64,000 nucleotides of DNA. Source: an uncultured Verrucomicrobiae bacterium (lineage in GTDB: Bacteria; Verrucomicrobiota; Verrucomicrobiia; Limisphaerales; JAFGQR01). Each line of letters begins with the position of its first letter. Within the stretch, counting starts at the first letter, position 1. The position numbers and the translations under genes were made by a program. The notes under the pieces are model-generated. The model did no database searches. It worked only from the letters and a program-made list of their open reading frames with translations, and was not told the origin of the DNA. Shown one piece after another: positions 22,501-30,938 of this stretch. Where the stretch lies: assembly GCA_963788655.1 (NCBI GenBank), contig CAWBHS010000060.1:256001-320000 (forward strand), given 5' to 3'.

Positions 22501-23496
22501 AAAGGCCGTGTCCCGCTGGTGCGGCATGTAGGCGGCCATCTCGGGCGTGATGGGCACCAGGCGCTGGCTGTTGGGCACGAGCAGGGCTTGCGACGGACAT
22601 GCGACTTCCCAGCCTTCGCTGATGATCACCGGTCGGCGGCGGATGATGGCTTCCGTCACCGGCGCCGTGTGCGTGGTGTCCACGGACACGTAGGCATCGG
22701 CCGCGTCAAACAACCGAACGAGTTCCATCCGCGTGCCCGGCGTTTCGTCCACGGTGACGCGCGCCTGCGAGCCGGTGGCTTTCACCGTATCCGCAATCAG
22801 GCGCCGCAAATCCACTCGCGGCTGGTCCGGAACCGGATGCCACGACGGGTAACTCATTTTGAGATACAACTCTTTTTGCGGATCGTCGGCGAACTCTTCC
22901 AGAAACGCACGCAGTAAGGCCTCGAGCCGCCGGCGCGGCAGGAACAGGGAGATGTGCAGAAAGCGAAACGCGCCGGCCGCCGCCGGTTCCTTCACCGCCG
23001 ACTGGCCCAGCGCCGGGGTCTCGATCCAGTAATGCGGCCACTTGAGCGCCACGGCTTTTTCCGGTGCCAGCCCGGCGCGAATCCAGGCGGCCGTTTCCTG
23101 CGTGTTGGCCAGCCACACCTGGTCCATTTGGTTGCACATGAACACCAGGCGGGCCGGGGGCGAGGACGCTTCCCGGCGGCTGTCAAACGTGGTGAGCATG
23201 ATGCGCCGGCACGGTTGCGGCAGCGGCAACTTGGGCCACAGGTAGGTGGGCACATACGCGAAAATGGCCACCACCGGCGCGGTGATCTCGGTATGTTCCA
23301 GGGACTGGAGTTGGTAAAGATCGCAGTCATCCAGGCCGGCCGAGAGGTTGACATCATCGCAATCCACCCGGACGGTCTTCACCCGGAAACCCGCCTGATG
23401 CAGCGCCATCGCCCAACCCCGCGCAAGAATCCCGAAACCCGACCGGGCATAGAGCGGACCGTAGAGAATGATGTCGAATGGACGCGGATTAGTCAT
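16570..23496 (-). CDS. Giant multidomain glycosyltransferase (4 GT-B/GT4-like + TPR + GT2 + TPR)
   Basis: Two modules with FRFL..FLPRRR..ELYLK..YPSWHP alternate with two GT4 modules FKFLFVG....RKG.D.LL (the last has EGFGLPVLEA). These are followed by GT2 (LTVCLITKNEE, DFSVARN, LDADE) and TPRs. Confidence 0.9.
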   Translation of the reverse strand: MTNPRPFDIILYGPLYARSGFGILARGWAMALHQAGFRVKTVRVDCDDVNLSAGLDDCDLYQLQSLEHTEITAPVVAIFAYVPTYLWPKLPLPQPCRRIMLTTFDSRREASSPPARLVFMCNQMDQVWLANTQETAAWIRAGLAPEKAVALKWPHYWIETPALGQSAVKEPAAAGAFRFLHISLFLPRRRLEALLRAFLEEFADDPQKELYLKMSYPSWHPVPDQPRVDLRRLIADTVKATGSQARVTVDETPGTRMELVRLFDAADAYVSVDTTHTAPVTEAIIRRRPVIISEGWEVACPSQALLVPNSQRLVPITPEMAAYMPHQRDTAFCAVEVPDIRRALRQAVAMPLDERRDRVEGAYEFMRRQYSFEATVPAAVAAMERAWVAESSSATSQTELAGKPTDGPTDDRQSGSAELPSAVSQSCNLLGATPTPSGRLPGNEPAPGGVPRCVTHTLNWCGLQLFHGKLPAVNRAWCRALSERGHALSLVPGNGPFHVEELNLAERDAYRALAERFYQPLPAPAEFTVMSRWHPVFRELPARRQILINTWWTGGIPVDWVRPLQESVDEVWVPSQWVRDNFLNAGIAAERVHVLPFGVDTQLFRPGVSPRPLATRKRFKFLFVGEAGWRKGFDVLLAAYAHAFRGRDDVCLVVKDTDCEDYYVRHGGRQLVEEFARQPNAPALEYLPAMLPEADMPGLYAACDCLVLPLRTASSSLAVLEAMASGVPVIATRHGALLELCTDANAWLVPAREQTRRNSRIGHWTVSAGQRFAEPDTKRLADIMTHVQRGGAKVREKAEQARALVVRQYDWSVCTDRLEARLDVLAGDQRVEPASATGPQTIASGDNMAILPVLSTDEAAGPTVMLVAPLYNRSGYGVAARALVNAWLQAGIRVRVVPVDGVEPGVDDCDLDLIKRLEQTRLTAPLVTVFFHVPSPQWLTVPLPPDALRIMFTTFDSSAQGNHPPAEWISVCNQMDQVWLMSRAELDVFAAAGVARSKLHQVDCPHPWIHNARLPLPAPAGPVPGRPFRFLALAMFLPRRRWDTLIEAYLREFNGQDDVELYLKVNYPSWHPTPDQPQRDLRELIERLRRTTGSAAPIRVDESRDTRLGICRLMDSCDAFVSCDTAITAPVGEVFVREKVAVIPEGYGMNLPMSKSVFAIPVNPRLNRPLTEAELLYQPHHRNQPMPLLVVADVRRALRSAIATPASRRQEMGRDGALFMEWAYGPTAAVTKMMQAVRSGLEAKPGSRPIPAGASGAAVAASGAPVQASDNEAATRTVVAWDGSFLDLGSLSHVNRELTRELARQPQIQLTRLGNIAALNGGAQYPELVAVARELQPVAPPNTQVTVRHAWPPNWTAPASGAWVLIQPWEYGRIPAEWVRNCQRVDEVWVPSACAQRMYVESGVPAEKVHVVPNGINPSIFHPAVPPMPLATRKSFKFLFVGGTIHRKGPDLLLKAYCEHFTAADDVCLVIKDFGGQSVYAGQTFEAQIRAAQARPNAPEILYLTEELGDMAGLYTACDSLVHPYRGEGFGLPVLEAMACGLPVIVTGGGATDDFATDEFAYRVPTKRRAIGDVISGMKLAGEGWLLEPNLPELAAKMRWVFEHRAEARAKGRAASECVRREWTWDRAAQVAAQRLRQITSHQQPFTIGNSSPHPQRKAAPIQLPPAALRGRLGPAHELHRNKKWLPAWESAVDAIGVRPYHPEAFLLLAEIARDVGDIPLAKRCAEQARLLAPKWKPARKFSKSLPGKGGKPRLELPLPSELARDFRHAPRLTVCLITKNEEQFLGQCLESVRPIADQIVVMDTGSTDWTTTIAARFNAEVYSCEWTDDFSVARNAALEHARGDWVLVLDADEELRAQDRDVLKQELQAGGVMAYRLPMLDVGREAEGRSFVPRLFRNAPGLFYVGRIHEQVFSSVEVRRQEWGLDNKFGKATLIHHGYTQAITQQRSKVERNLRLLEKAVEELPDEPNLLLNLGLELVRAGRLPEGLQRYQEAFNAAVALPAAQLTPEIREALLTQFSTQLLKTKEHGAVIQLLTGPLARRGGLTASMHFTLGLALMEQQQFLEAAEQFRQCLAKRQQPAFTPVNQEILKAGPRHCLALCLAQLGHATAAEQFQQAIQDDPQSRLARLDYARFMAGHDQPVEALNLFFALASEHPQEAPVWRQGGQLALSRPEFLEVALNWTGEAQRHLPQDTTICQQRAEALTLAGHCAEALPVWRQLKSAADPGCVAALILCETVVGDNQFSLPAQFEAELSREFITWYRRLLQFNAREPVEALCRRTEALRQILPSAANLLDAAIAEANAAAA

Positions 23497-23511
23497 GGCG
23501 GAGGACGGGAA

Positions 23512-23742
23512 TGAAATCCGAATTCCGAAAGTCGAAAGCCGTAAGAATTCTGGAGCCCGAAAGCCGAAGGGCATTGGGTGTGCCGAAAGGAGTCCTGTCC
23601 ATGAACCTCGTAGCCGCCGATGTCAGTCGGCGCATGCCTATGGCTTCGAAAGTCAGCGCCGACTGACGTCGGCGGCTACGGAGTTCACGTGTTTCGGGTT
23701 TTGGCATTCGGGCTTCTTTCGGATTTCGGACTTCGGATTTCA
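23512..23742. repeat. Nested inverted repeat: heptamer-repeat arms enclosing a GTAG-type REP pair
   Basis: Left arm aaatccgaattccgaaagtcgaaag, right arm ttcggatttcggacttcggatttc. Inner pair gtagccgccgatgtcagtcggcg...cgccgactgacgtcggcggctac at 23610-23679. Confidence 0.8.
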
Positions 23743-23745
23743 GAC

Positions 23746-24957
23746 TTAGTAAAGGGTGATCAGTGGATGCGCGAGCTTGAGCTCGTGGCGAATCCGGTGG
23801 CAGATGGCGTCCTGGTGAACGCGGGTGGAAACCAGGATGGTGCCCGGCTGTTGCTCCAGCCATTCCGGGGAGACGATGGGAATGCCCAGGACGGACTTGT
23901 CGCGGTAGCGGGGATTGGCATCCACAATCGCCTGGATCGGGGCTTCCCGCAGCGGACTGTTCGCCAGCAATCGCAGGGTGTGCGAGCCGGCGCCCCAGAC
24001 AATGAGCGGTTCGCCGGCGGTCGCCGCGGAACGTAGCGTCGGTTCCACGGCCTGGTGATCCCGTTGAGACTTGGCGACGTATTCGCGCAAGCCCCGGGAA
24101 GTGTCAAGGTCCACTGCGGCAACCTCGCCCTTGAGCGAACCCGTGGCGCGTTCGAAGACGGCGTGAATGACGGGTGTGGTGGTTTTCGCGTTGACCAACT
24201 GTTCCGCCTGTTCCAGCCACCGGCACCGCCACCCATGCGCGGCCAGCAGGCGTCGAAGGGAAACCGGGCCGAAGAAATTGATATGTTCCAAGCTGAACTC
24301 CTGGAACGGCGCGTCCTCGCCCTCGTGCAACCGGCTGGCATCGGGAATCGTCACAAACATCCGCCCGCCCTCGGGCACGAGCCGGGTGCAATGCCGGACG
24401 CTGGCCGACAAATCACGCAAATGCTCCAGCACGCCGACCAGAATCAGGAAGTCATACGAGGCCGGCCCGGCGCCCAAGGTGGTCATGGTGCCGGTCACGA
24501 TGGGCACGCCAAACAACTCCGCGCTTTGCCGGGCGCATGGTGGCGAAGGTTCCAGCCCGCTCACCTGGGGATAGCCGCGTTGCTTGAGCAGGTAGAGCAA
24601 TTGGCCGGACGCGCAGCCGATTTCAAAGATCCGCGCGGCCGAACCGGGAAGGTGCGGCGCGCAGCGGTCGGCGATGTCCTGCAACCGCGCCCAACTGGAA
24701 TGCGTAGTGTCCAGGATCGGCGGCGGCGCTTCGTACTTGGATAGTTCGGCGTAGTAGGTGTCAAACACGGCTTGCCCCGGGATGCGATCCGCGTAGCAAA
24801 ATCCGCACGCCGGGCAGGCCACCACGTCGTAGCCCTCCAAAAGCGTGCCCTCGCTCAGTGGGGCGAACCGGTGCGGGTGGAGGCAGTCAGTTGCGGGCGA
24901 TTGGCAAATTTCACAGCCGCGCGGGGAATGCGGTAGGGTGGAAAGATTCGCGTTCAT
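23746..24957 (-). CDS. Class I SAM methyltransferase with Cys-rich N-terminus and C-terminal Rossmann-like domain
   Basis: CEIC...CPACG, FEIGCASG, GVLEHL, EHINFF and IVWGAG motifs. Confidence 0.85.
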   Translation of the reverse strand: MNANLSTLPHSPRGCEICQSPATDCLHPHRFAPLSEGTLLEGYDVVACPACGFCYADRIPGQAVFDTYYAELSKYEAPPPILDTTHSSWARLQDIADRCAPHLPGSAARIFEIGCASGQLLYLLKQRGYPQVSGLEPSPPCARQSAELFGVPIVTGTMTTLGAGPASYDFLILVGVLEHLRDLSASVRHCTRLVPEGGRMFVTIPDASRLHEGEDAPFQEFSLEHINFFGPVSLRRLLAAHGWRCRWLEQAEQLVNAKTTTPVIHAVFERATGSLKGEVAAVDLDTSRGLREYVAKSQRDHQAVEPTLRSAATAGEPLIVWGAGSHTLRLLANSPLREAPIQAIVDANPRYRDKSVLGIPIVSPEWLEQQPGTILVSTRVHQDAICHRIRHELKLAHPLITLY

Positions 24958-25095
24958 GGACTTGGAATGGGGCTATGACCTTGGTCCGAGGGACACGCTA
25001 AGGCGGGAACTCCAACCGCACCGGTGCCGGCTGCTTGCTGGATTTCAACCTGTCGGTTGTTCGGGGGCGTGGTCAGGGAAATCAAGTGCATTGTT

Positions 25096-26286
25096 TTACA
25101 TTGGAATGGCATAGCAGACGGTGTCCCAGCATTCCTCGTTGTAACGCCGCAAGTGGAACCGGCACGGCACGCCCGAGGCGAGAATTTGCAGCGGGATTTG
25201 CCAGAGATGGTCCTGCTGGTGATAGACACTGATGGCCAATTGCGGCCGGTGCCGTTGCAGCAAGCGCCGGCCGCCGGCCAAGGCGGCGGGTTCCGCCCCT
25301 TCGATGTCCATTTTGATGTACGTCGGCTGATCATTGGCCAACAACTCGTCCAGCGGCGCGCACGCCACCGTCAACGCCCCTTCGGCACTGGCCGAGGATG
25401 ACAACGTGCCGCCCCCGCTGAAGCGCAGTTGACCGCGATGATTGTCGGCGGCCAGGGCGAGGCATTCGATCTTGCGGCGCACATCGCGTGGATACCCGGC
25501 CACGCGCTCCTGCAATCGGCGAAAATTCTCGGGGTCCGGCTCCAACGCCCACACCCGTTGGAAACGCCCGCCTTGCAAGCGAACAAGATCGGCGAGCGTG
25601 TCGCCGTCAAACGCGCCGCAATCTACCAACACCGTGTCCGCATCCAGGTGAACCAAGTCGGCCGGGAAATACGGGACTTCCGCCGCCACCGGCGGCAATC
25701 CGGCGAAATCTAAGTGCAGGCGCCATCGGATCTGCGCAACGTATTCGACCCGGGACGGTTCATCGGCCAGGAGCGCAAACGCCCGCTCAATGGCGAGGCG
25801 TTGATCGCATAACCGCTGCGGCAAATCCAGGCAGTAGAAATCCAGGAACACCGCCGGATGTTTCCAGAAGAGCACCGCGGCGGGGAGGACGCAGGCGCAG
25901 CCGGCCTCGTTCAGCCAGCGTTGGGTCACTTCGAAGCGATGCCCGCCCCCCGCCCGCCACACCGTCACCAAAAAAACCGCCGAGTCGCCAAAGCGCGCGG
26001 CGGCCATCGCCGGTTCCAGCACCGTCAGGCCATCCACGGCCTGGCCCCACAACGCGGGATTGCAATCGGTGAAAGCCAGCGGTTCGAGGCCGAGCGCGCG
26101 CAGACCGCGCAGGGTACGGCGCCCCAGTCCGCCCGCGCCGTGCAGCACCAGGCGACCGGCCAGTGGTCCGGCCTGTTGATCGAAACTCTCGGCCGCGCGC
26201 CGGGCCACGGCGGCGGACGGTTCAGCCAGCAAGCACGACAATTCCTGCTCCGGGCGGACGACGGTTTCCAGCAACGCGGGCTGCAT
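25096..26286 (-). CDS. FkbM-family methyltransferase
   Basis: VDCGAFDGDT, ALEPDPENF, YIKMDIEGAE and LAISVYH. Confidence 0.9.
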   Translation of the reverse strand: MQPALLETVVRPEQELSCLLAEPSAAVARRAAESFDQQAGPLAGRLVLHGAGGLGRRTLRGLRALGLEPLAFTDCNPALWGQAVDGLTVLEPAMAAARFGDSAVFLVTVWRAGGGHRFEVTQRWLNEAGCACVLPAAVLFWKHPAVFLDFYCLDLPQRLCDQRLAIERAFALLADEPSRVEYVAQIRWRLHLDFAGLPPVAAEVPYFPADLVHLDADTVLVDCGAFDGDTLADLVRLQGGRFQRVWALEPDPENFRRLQERVAGYPRDVRRKIECLALAADNHRGQLRFSGGGTLSSSASAEGALTVACAPLDELLANDQPTYIKMDIEGAEPAALAGGRRLLQRHRPQLAISVYHQQDHLWQIPLQILASGVPCRFHLRRYNEECWDTVCYAIPM

Positions 26287-26287
26287 C

Positions 26288-28105
26288 TCAATTCATATTG
26301 TCCAAGACGGGCACCAGCATGTTGCGCTGGAACTCCTGGCGATCCAGGAACGGCCACAAGTCCTCGATCGGGGTGGAAACCATTCGACCATCCGGCAATG
26401 CCCGGGACGCCAAGCGCGGGGCGGTTTGATGCTGCGGCGAAATGTTCACCAGGCACAAGGCGGGTCCGGGCGCTTCCAACACCCGCCGCAACGTCGCCGG
26501 CGCATCGGTGGTGGACTCGATTTCCGTGGCGGGGATTTGAAAGGCCTCCGCCACCCGGCGCAGGTCCGGCAAGGTTAGCCCGCTGGTGGGATCACACGCC
26601 ACGAACCGGCTGTCGAAATGCGTCTTCTGTGTCTGCCGGATGGAGCCGTAACCGTCGTTGTCGAGCACAAAGAATTTGATGGGCAAGTTCAGCCGTCGCA
26701 CAACTTCCAGTTCCTGGATGTTCATCACAAACCCGCCGTCGCCGTCCACGCAGACGGTGCGGCGCCGGTCACTGGCCAGGCACGCCCCGATGGCCGCGGG
26801 GATGCCGAAGCCCATCGGCCCCAGGCCCTCCGAATTAAAAATGCGCTGGCCGCTCTTGACGCGGAAGGCCTGCATCGTGATTTCGCTGCACGCGCCCGAA
26901 CTGCCGGGGACAAGCAGGTCGCCGGCGTCCATGTGCGTGGACAAGAGGTTAATGAAGGCGTAGTTGCTGAGGCCCTGCTCCATCGTCCAGTATTCCGGCA
27001 GCACCACCGGGTAACATTGCTGCCAGTCCTTGCACCGCTCAAGCCAGGAACCAAAGCCGGCGGAGACGCCGCGTTGTTCCCAGGCCCGCTGCAACGCGTC
27101 GAGAAACGGCTGCGCCCGGCTGGCCAACGGCACCTCCACGTCCAGGTTCAACTTGGCAATCTCGCCTGGATCCACGTCCACGATGACCTTGCGGGCCGCA
27201 CGGCAGAACTGGCGATGGTCATAGCCAATCTGGCCGTAGTCCAACCGCGCACCGACGGCAATCAACAGGTCGGCGTTTTGCAGGGCGAAATTGGCGCCGC
27301 GCTGGCCGACGGCACCAGGACGGCCGACGTAGAGCGGGTGTTCCTCGGGCAGGAAATCAATAGCCTTCCAGCTCAATAGCACCGGCACCGGCAACGTTTC
27401 GAGCAAGGCGGTCAAACTGGCTTGCGCGCGGTCAAGACGGACGCCGTTGCCGAGGAGCAACACCGGCCGCTGTGCTTCGGCCAGCAAGGCCACGGTGCGT
27501 TCAACGGCGTGCGCGAGGGCGGCAGCGCCCGGGGCCCCCGCTGCCAATGGCGGTTCAAATCCCGGCAACGCCTCCGCGGCGATGTCAGCGGCCTGCACAT
27601 CCAACGGAATGTCCAGCCAGACCGGTCCCGGCCGGCCGTGGCGGGCCAGATACAATGCCTGATCGAGATGATACCGGATGGTGGCGGGATCGGTGACGGT
27701 CACGGCGTATTTCGTGATCGGTTCGACCAAGCGCACGATGTCAATTTCCTGGAAGCCCAATTGGCGGATGGGTCGGTCGCCTTTCAGGTCGGCGCGTTTG
27801 ACCTGGCCGGACAGAAACAGGCAGGGCGTGGAATCCAACCACGCCGCCGCCACGCCGGTCAGCGTATTGGTGCCGCCGGGGCCGGTGGTGACGAGGGCGA
27901 CCCCGAGGTGATTAGTATATTGGCCATAGGCATCGGCCGCGATGGCGGAACCTTGTTCGTGCAGGTTGCAAATGAACTCGAGCCCCGCCGCCCGGCCCAG
28001 CGAATCACACAAGTGCATGCACCCGCCGCCGGGCAGCATGAAGACATGCCGGACGCCGGTCGCGGCGAGGCGTTGGAAGACGTAGTCAGACAGTTTCATG
28101 GGCAT
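26288..28105 (-). CDS. Thiamine diphosphate-dependent enzyme (acetolactate synthase-like, YerE-type candidate)
   Basis: LHEQ, VTTGPGGTN, GPVWLDIPLD, MGFGIPAAIG and ThDP motif GDGG...DN. Confidence 0.88.
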   Translation of the reverse strand: MPMKLSDYVFQRLAATGVRHVFMLPGGGCMHLCDSLGRAAGLEFICNLHEQGSAIAADAYGQYTNHLGVALVTTGPGGTNTLTGVAAAWLDSTPCLFLSGQVKRADLKGDRPIRQLGFQEIDIVRLVEPITKYAVTVTDPATIRYHLDQALYLARHGRPGPVWLDIPLDVQAADIAAEALPGFEPPLAAGAPGAAALAHAVERTVALLAEAQRPVLLLGNGVRLDRAQASLTALLETLPVPVLLSWKAIDFLPEEHPLYVGRPGAVGQRGANFALQNADLLIAVGARLDYGQIGYDHRQFCRAARKVIVDVDPGEIAKLNLDVEVPLASRAQPFLDALQRAWEQRGVSAGFGSWLERCKDWQQCYPVVLPEYWTMEQGLSNYAFINLLSTHMDAGDLLVPGSSGACSEITMQAFRVKSGQRIFNSEGLGPMGFGIPAAIGACLASDRRRTVCVDGDGGFVMNIQELEVVRRLNLPIKFFVLDNDGYGSIRQTQKTHFDSRFVACDPTSGLTLPDLRRVAEAFQIPATEIESTTDAPATLRRVLEAPGPALCLVNISPQHQTAPRLASRALPDGRMVSTPIEDLWPFLDRQEFQRNMLVPVLDNMN

Positions 28106-30201
28106 TAAAAATTGGTTCCACTCTCATAAAGGGCGACGACTTCGACGCCTTGACGGCTAAAGGCCGCACTGAACAGTTCACACGTTTCACGCGGGTTCCG
28201 GACTGCGGCAACGAGGAGGACTTGCGGTGGATTCTTGACAATGGCGTCGAACGTGAGAACGGGGTAACCCAATTCGAGGTCGCCGGTTTCCACGGGATCC
28301 AACGGCAACAATCCAGCGATCTTGGCCTGGTCGAGATTCGTGCCGCGGAAGAGGTCTTTTGCTTCGGCGAGCTCCCCGGCAATCGCCACGGACGCGCCCC
28401 GCGCCCGCCAGTCCGCCACCAGGGCTGCAATCCGATGCGTCAGGTAGTACGGGTGATGCAGCAGGGAATAATTCCCATCGTAGATCACCACCGGATCCAG
28501 TCGCTTCCGGGGTTCGTCCACCAGGAAGATTTGCATCAGCCCGAAGCGGATGTCGTCCAGTTCCGGGGCCGCCGGAATCAGGTAATGGCGGTCCAGCAGG
28601 ACAATTTCCTTGTGCCCCGGCAGCAGCCCCCGGTGGCCCACCCAAGTTTGCTGGTTGAGAAAGGCGCGCATCTGATCCCCATGTGCTTCCTGAAACTGGT
28701 AGTTCCGGGCCACCTGGAAACTCGCCGGTTCCTGGCGCCACTGGCTCAACGGAGGCATGTCGAAGCGGCGGTTGCAAGACCGGCACACCCACTTCAGTCC
28801 GCCATACATCGGCTGGTCCGCGTAGTGGATGACCTCCTGGCAATGCGGACATTGCACCTGGACGTCAAAAAGCTGGGCCGACTTGCCATTGCCCTTGTCC
28901 ACCAACTGGCCCGGGCGGCAGTCGAGCGTTTTGGCGGGAACGTGATTGTAAGTCGTGGCCAGCAAATACATGAGCAGCATCGCCTGCAACGCATCGCTGT
29001 CCGGCATGCGCGTGCTGTTAAACGCCCGACACCCTTGGGTGATGTAGCGCGCCCGGTCGGGGATCGTCCCGTTCTCCACGGCGCGCTGATAGAGGGCCGT
29101 GCCGGGATACACTTCGATCGGCCACAGGCCAATCCCGACCTGCCGCTGTTTCAACCACAGGCTGAGGGTTTCAATGACCGTGTCTTTCGTCTCGGCCGTA
29201 TCCCCAAAAATGTAGGCGCCTTGCACTTGAACCCGCGACGCATACGTCAGATCCACCGCGCGGAGGATCTCCTCCACCCGCGTGTGCTTGCGCATGCTCT
29301 TGAGCACCTCCTGGCTGCCGGATTCCAACCCGTAGCTGACCAGCACACACCCAGCCTCGCGCATGGTCGCAAGCAGGTCGGGATTCACGTCGCCCACCCG
29401 CATTTGAACATCCCATTTGACGTGGAAGGGCCGGATGCGTTCGCAGAACTCCAGCACCCGTTGCGGCTTGCAGGAAAACAGCTCGTCAATGATGCGATAG
29501 TGGAACGGCGCGTACTTTTGGTAACTGGTCTCAATTTCCCGAAACAGATCGTCCAACTCGCGCTGCCGGTACACATCGCCAATGGGGTGATAACAGAACG
29601 TGCATTTGTACGGACAGGACCGGCTGGCCACGAGGTTGTAAATCCGGGAACGGGACTGGTAATAATTCTGCAGCAGGTTCTCGTCGGGATACGCCAATTG
29701 ACTCAAGTCCTTGATGGGGCCGCGGGGAGCCGTCTGGGCCAACCGACCGTCGGGGGCGCTGAAAATGATTCCGTTGACGCTGCTGTAATTGCGGGTGGTG
29801 GTGAGTTCCCGGGCCAATTCCACCATGGTGACTTCCCCCTCCCCGATCACCCCGAAATTGACTCCGAGCAAATCCAGCATCAATTCCGGTTCGCTGCTCA
29901 TCACGCCGCCGCCCACCACGGTGACGATCCGCGACTTCACCTGCCGGGCGCCCGCCACCACGGCCTTGACCTTGTCGTAGTGGGCGGAAATGCCGCCGGT
30001 GGCTACCACGTCAATGGATTGTTCCCGGATCACCGTGGCCATCACTTCCGCCGGTGACGCGGCAAAGCGATTCAAATCCAGGCCCTGGACTGAAAATCCA
30101 TGCTGCCTTAGCGCGGCGGCAATGTAAGCGACGCCCACCGGAAAAATGTAATCCTGGTCAGGGCTGGTGGTGAACTTGGGGATGACGACAAGAAAGTTCA
30201 T
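28105..30201 (-). CDS. B12-binding radical SAM protein (class B methyltransferase-like) with C-terminal extension
   Basis: N-terminal cobalamin-binding region (GVIGEGE), CPYKCTFC and GLESGS, with extra CPHC/CRSC motifs. Confidence 0.88.
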   Translation of the reverse strand: MNFLVVIPKFTTSPDQDYIFPVGVAYIAAALRQHGFSVQGLDLNRFAASPAEVMATVIREQSIDVVATGGISAHYDKVKAVVAGARQVKSRIVTVVGGGVMSSEPELMLDLLGVNFGVIGEGEVTMVELARELTTTRNYSSVNGIIFSAPDGRLAQTAPRGPIKDLSQLAYPDENLLQNYYQSRSRIYNLVASRSCPYKCTFCYHPIGDVYRQRELDDLFREIETSYQKYAPFHYRIIDELFSCKPQRVLEFCERIRPFHVKWDVQMRVGDVNPDLLATMREAGCVLVSYGLESGSQEVLKSMRKHTRVEEILRAVDLTYASRVQVQGAYIFGDTAETKDTVIETLSLWLKQRQVGIGLWPIEVYPGTALYQRAVENGTIPDRARYITQGCRAFNSTRMPDSDALQAMLLMYLLATTYNHVPAKTLDCRPGQLVDKGNGKSAQLFDVQVQCPHCQEVIHYADQPMYGGLKWVCRSCNRRFDMPPLSQWRQEPASFQVARNYQFQEAHGDQMRAFLNQQTWVGHRGLLPGHKEIVLLDRHYLIPAAPELDDIRFGLMQIFLVDEPRKRLDPVVIYDGNYSLLHHPYYLTHRIAALVADWRARGASVAIAGELAEAKDLFRGTNLDQAKIAGLLPLDPVETGDLELGYPVLTFDAIVKNPPQVLLVAAVRNPRETCELFSAAFSRQGVEVVALYESGTNF

Positions 30202-30770
30202 TGCAGTTGTTCGAGCAAAGTTTCAAGAGGGACCGTCGGATCATTCCAGGGCTGCGGAAAGGCCAGACTGCAAATCCCGGCTTGCGCGGCAGCCCGGATG
30301 TTGTCCAGCGAATCATCAATGAAATAGTCCACCCGGCCCAACCGGCGCAGGCAGTCCGCTTTCGTCACATCATACGTTGGCAGCGGCGCGTCCGCGCGTT
30401 CACTCGGGATGAAGTGGAAATGCCGAATCCACGGACCAAAATGGCGAAACACCCAGGCGGATGCTTGGGGCACCGAATTCAATGGGCGCGCCGTGAGCAC
30501 GTGATGATGAAACGCGGGGCCATGCCGTTTGAACCACTGCGCCACCGTCGGATTGGGCGCCAGGTCCAGGCCCGCCGGGGACAACCGGAACCGGTCCAGT
30601 GAAGTCAAATAGTCGTCGCGGGTGACCGCGAGTTCGGCCAGCGGCGGATTATGCTGTAACGCCGCGTAGGCCACGCTGCACGCGAGATGCTCCGGCAGCC
30701 AGACGTGGTGAAACCATGCCTCAGTTAGGGGATTCAGCACATCATCCAGATCCCATACGATGACTTTCAT
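30198..30770 (-). CDS. HAD-superfamily phosphatase (5'(3')-nucleotidase-like)
   Basis: WDLDDVL, LTAR, K and FIDDS motifs with a QPWN tail. Confidence 0.75.
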   Translation of the reverse strand: MKVIVWDLDDVLNPLTEAWFHHVWLPEHLACSVAYAALQHNPPLAELAVTRDDYLTSLDRFRLSPAGLDLAPNPTVAQWFKRHGPAFHHHVLTARPLNSVPQASAWVFRHFGPWIRHFHFIPSERADAPLPTYDVTKADCLRRLGRVDYFIDDSLDNIRAAAQAGICSLAFPQPWNDPTVPLETLLEQLQ

Positions 30771-30938
30771 GAGGGGCAATGGGGCCCGATTGGACCGTGC
30801 GAAAGGCGCGCACCCGGCGGCGAGAGAAACGTCCTCGTCTTTCGTCCTCGTCGCTCGGCCTTGATGCCGAACAAACAAGAAAACGACCGAAGGACGAGAA
30901 CGAAACAAGGCTTACTGGGCAGTGTTTCCCTCATGGCC

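Noticed and set aside
28150..30057. Long plus-strand ORFs opposite real genes (also 16867-18270, 30861-32501, 32480-34006)
   Set aside because: These are antisense shadow frames typical of GC-rich coding DNA, with no motifs.
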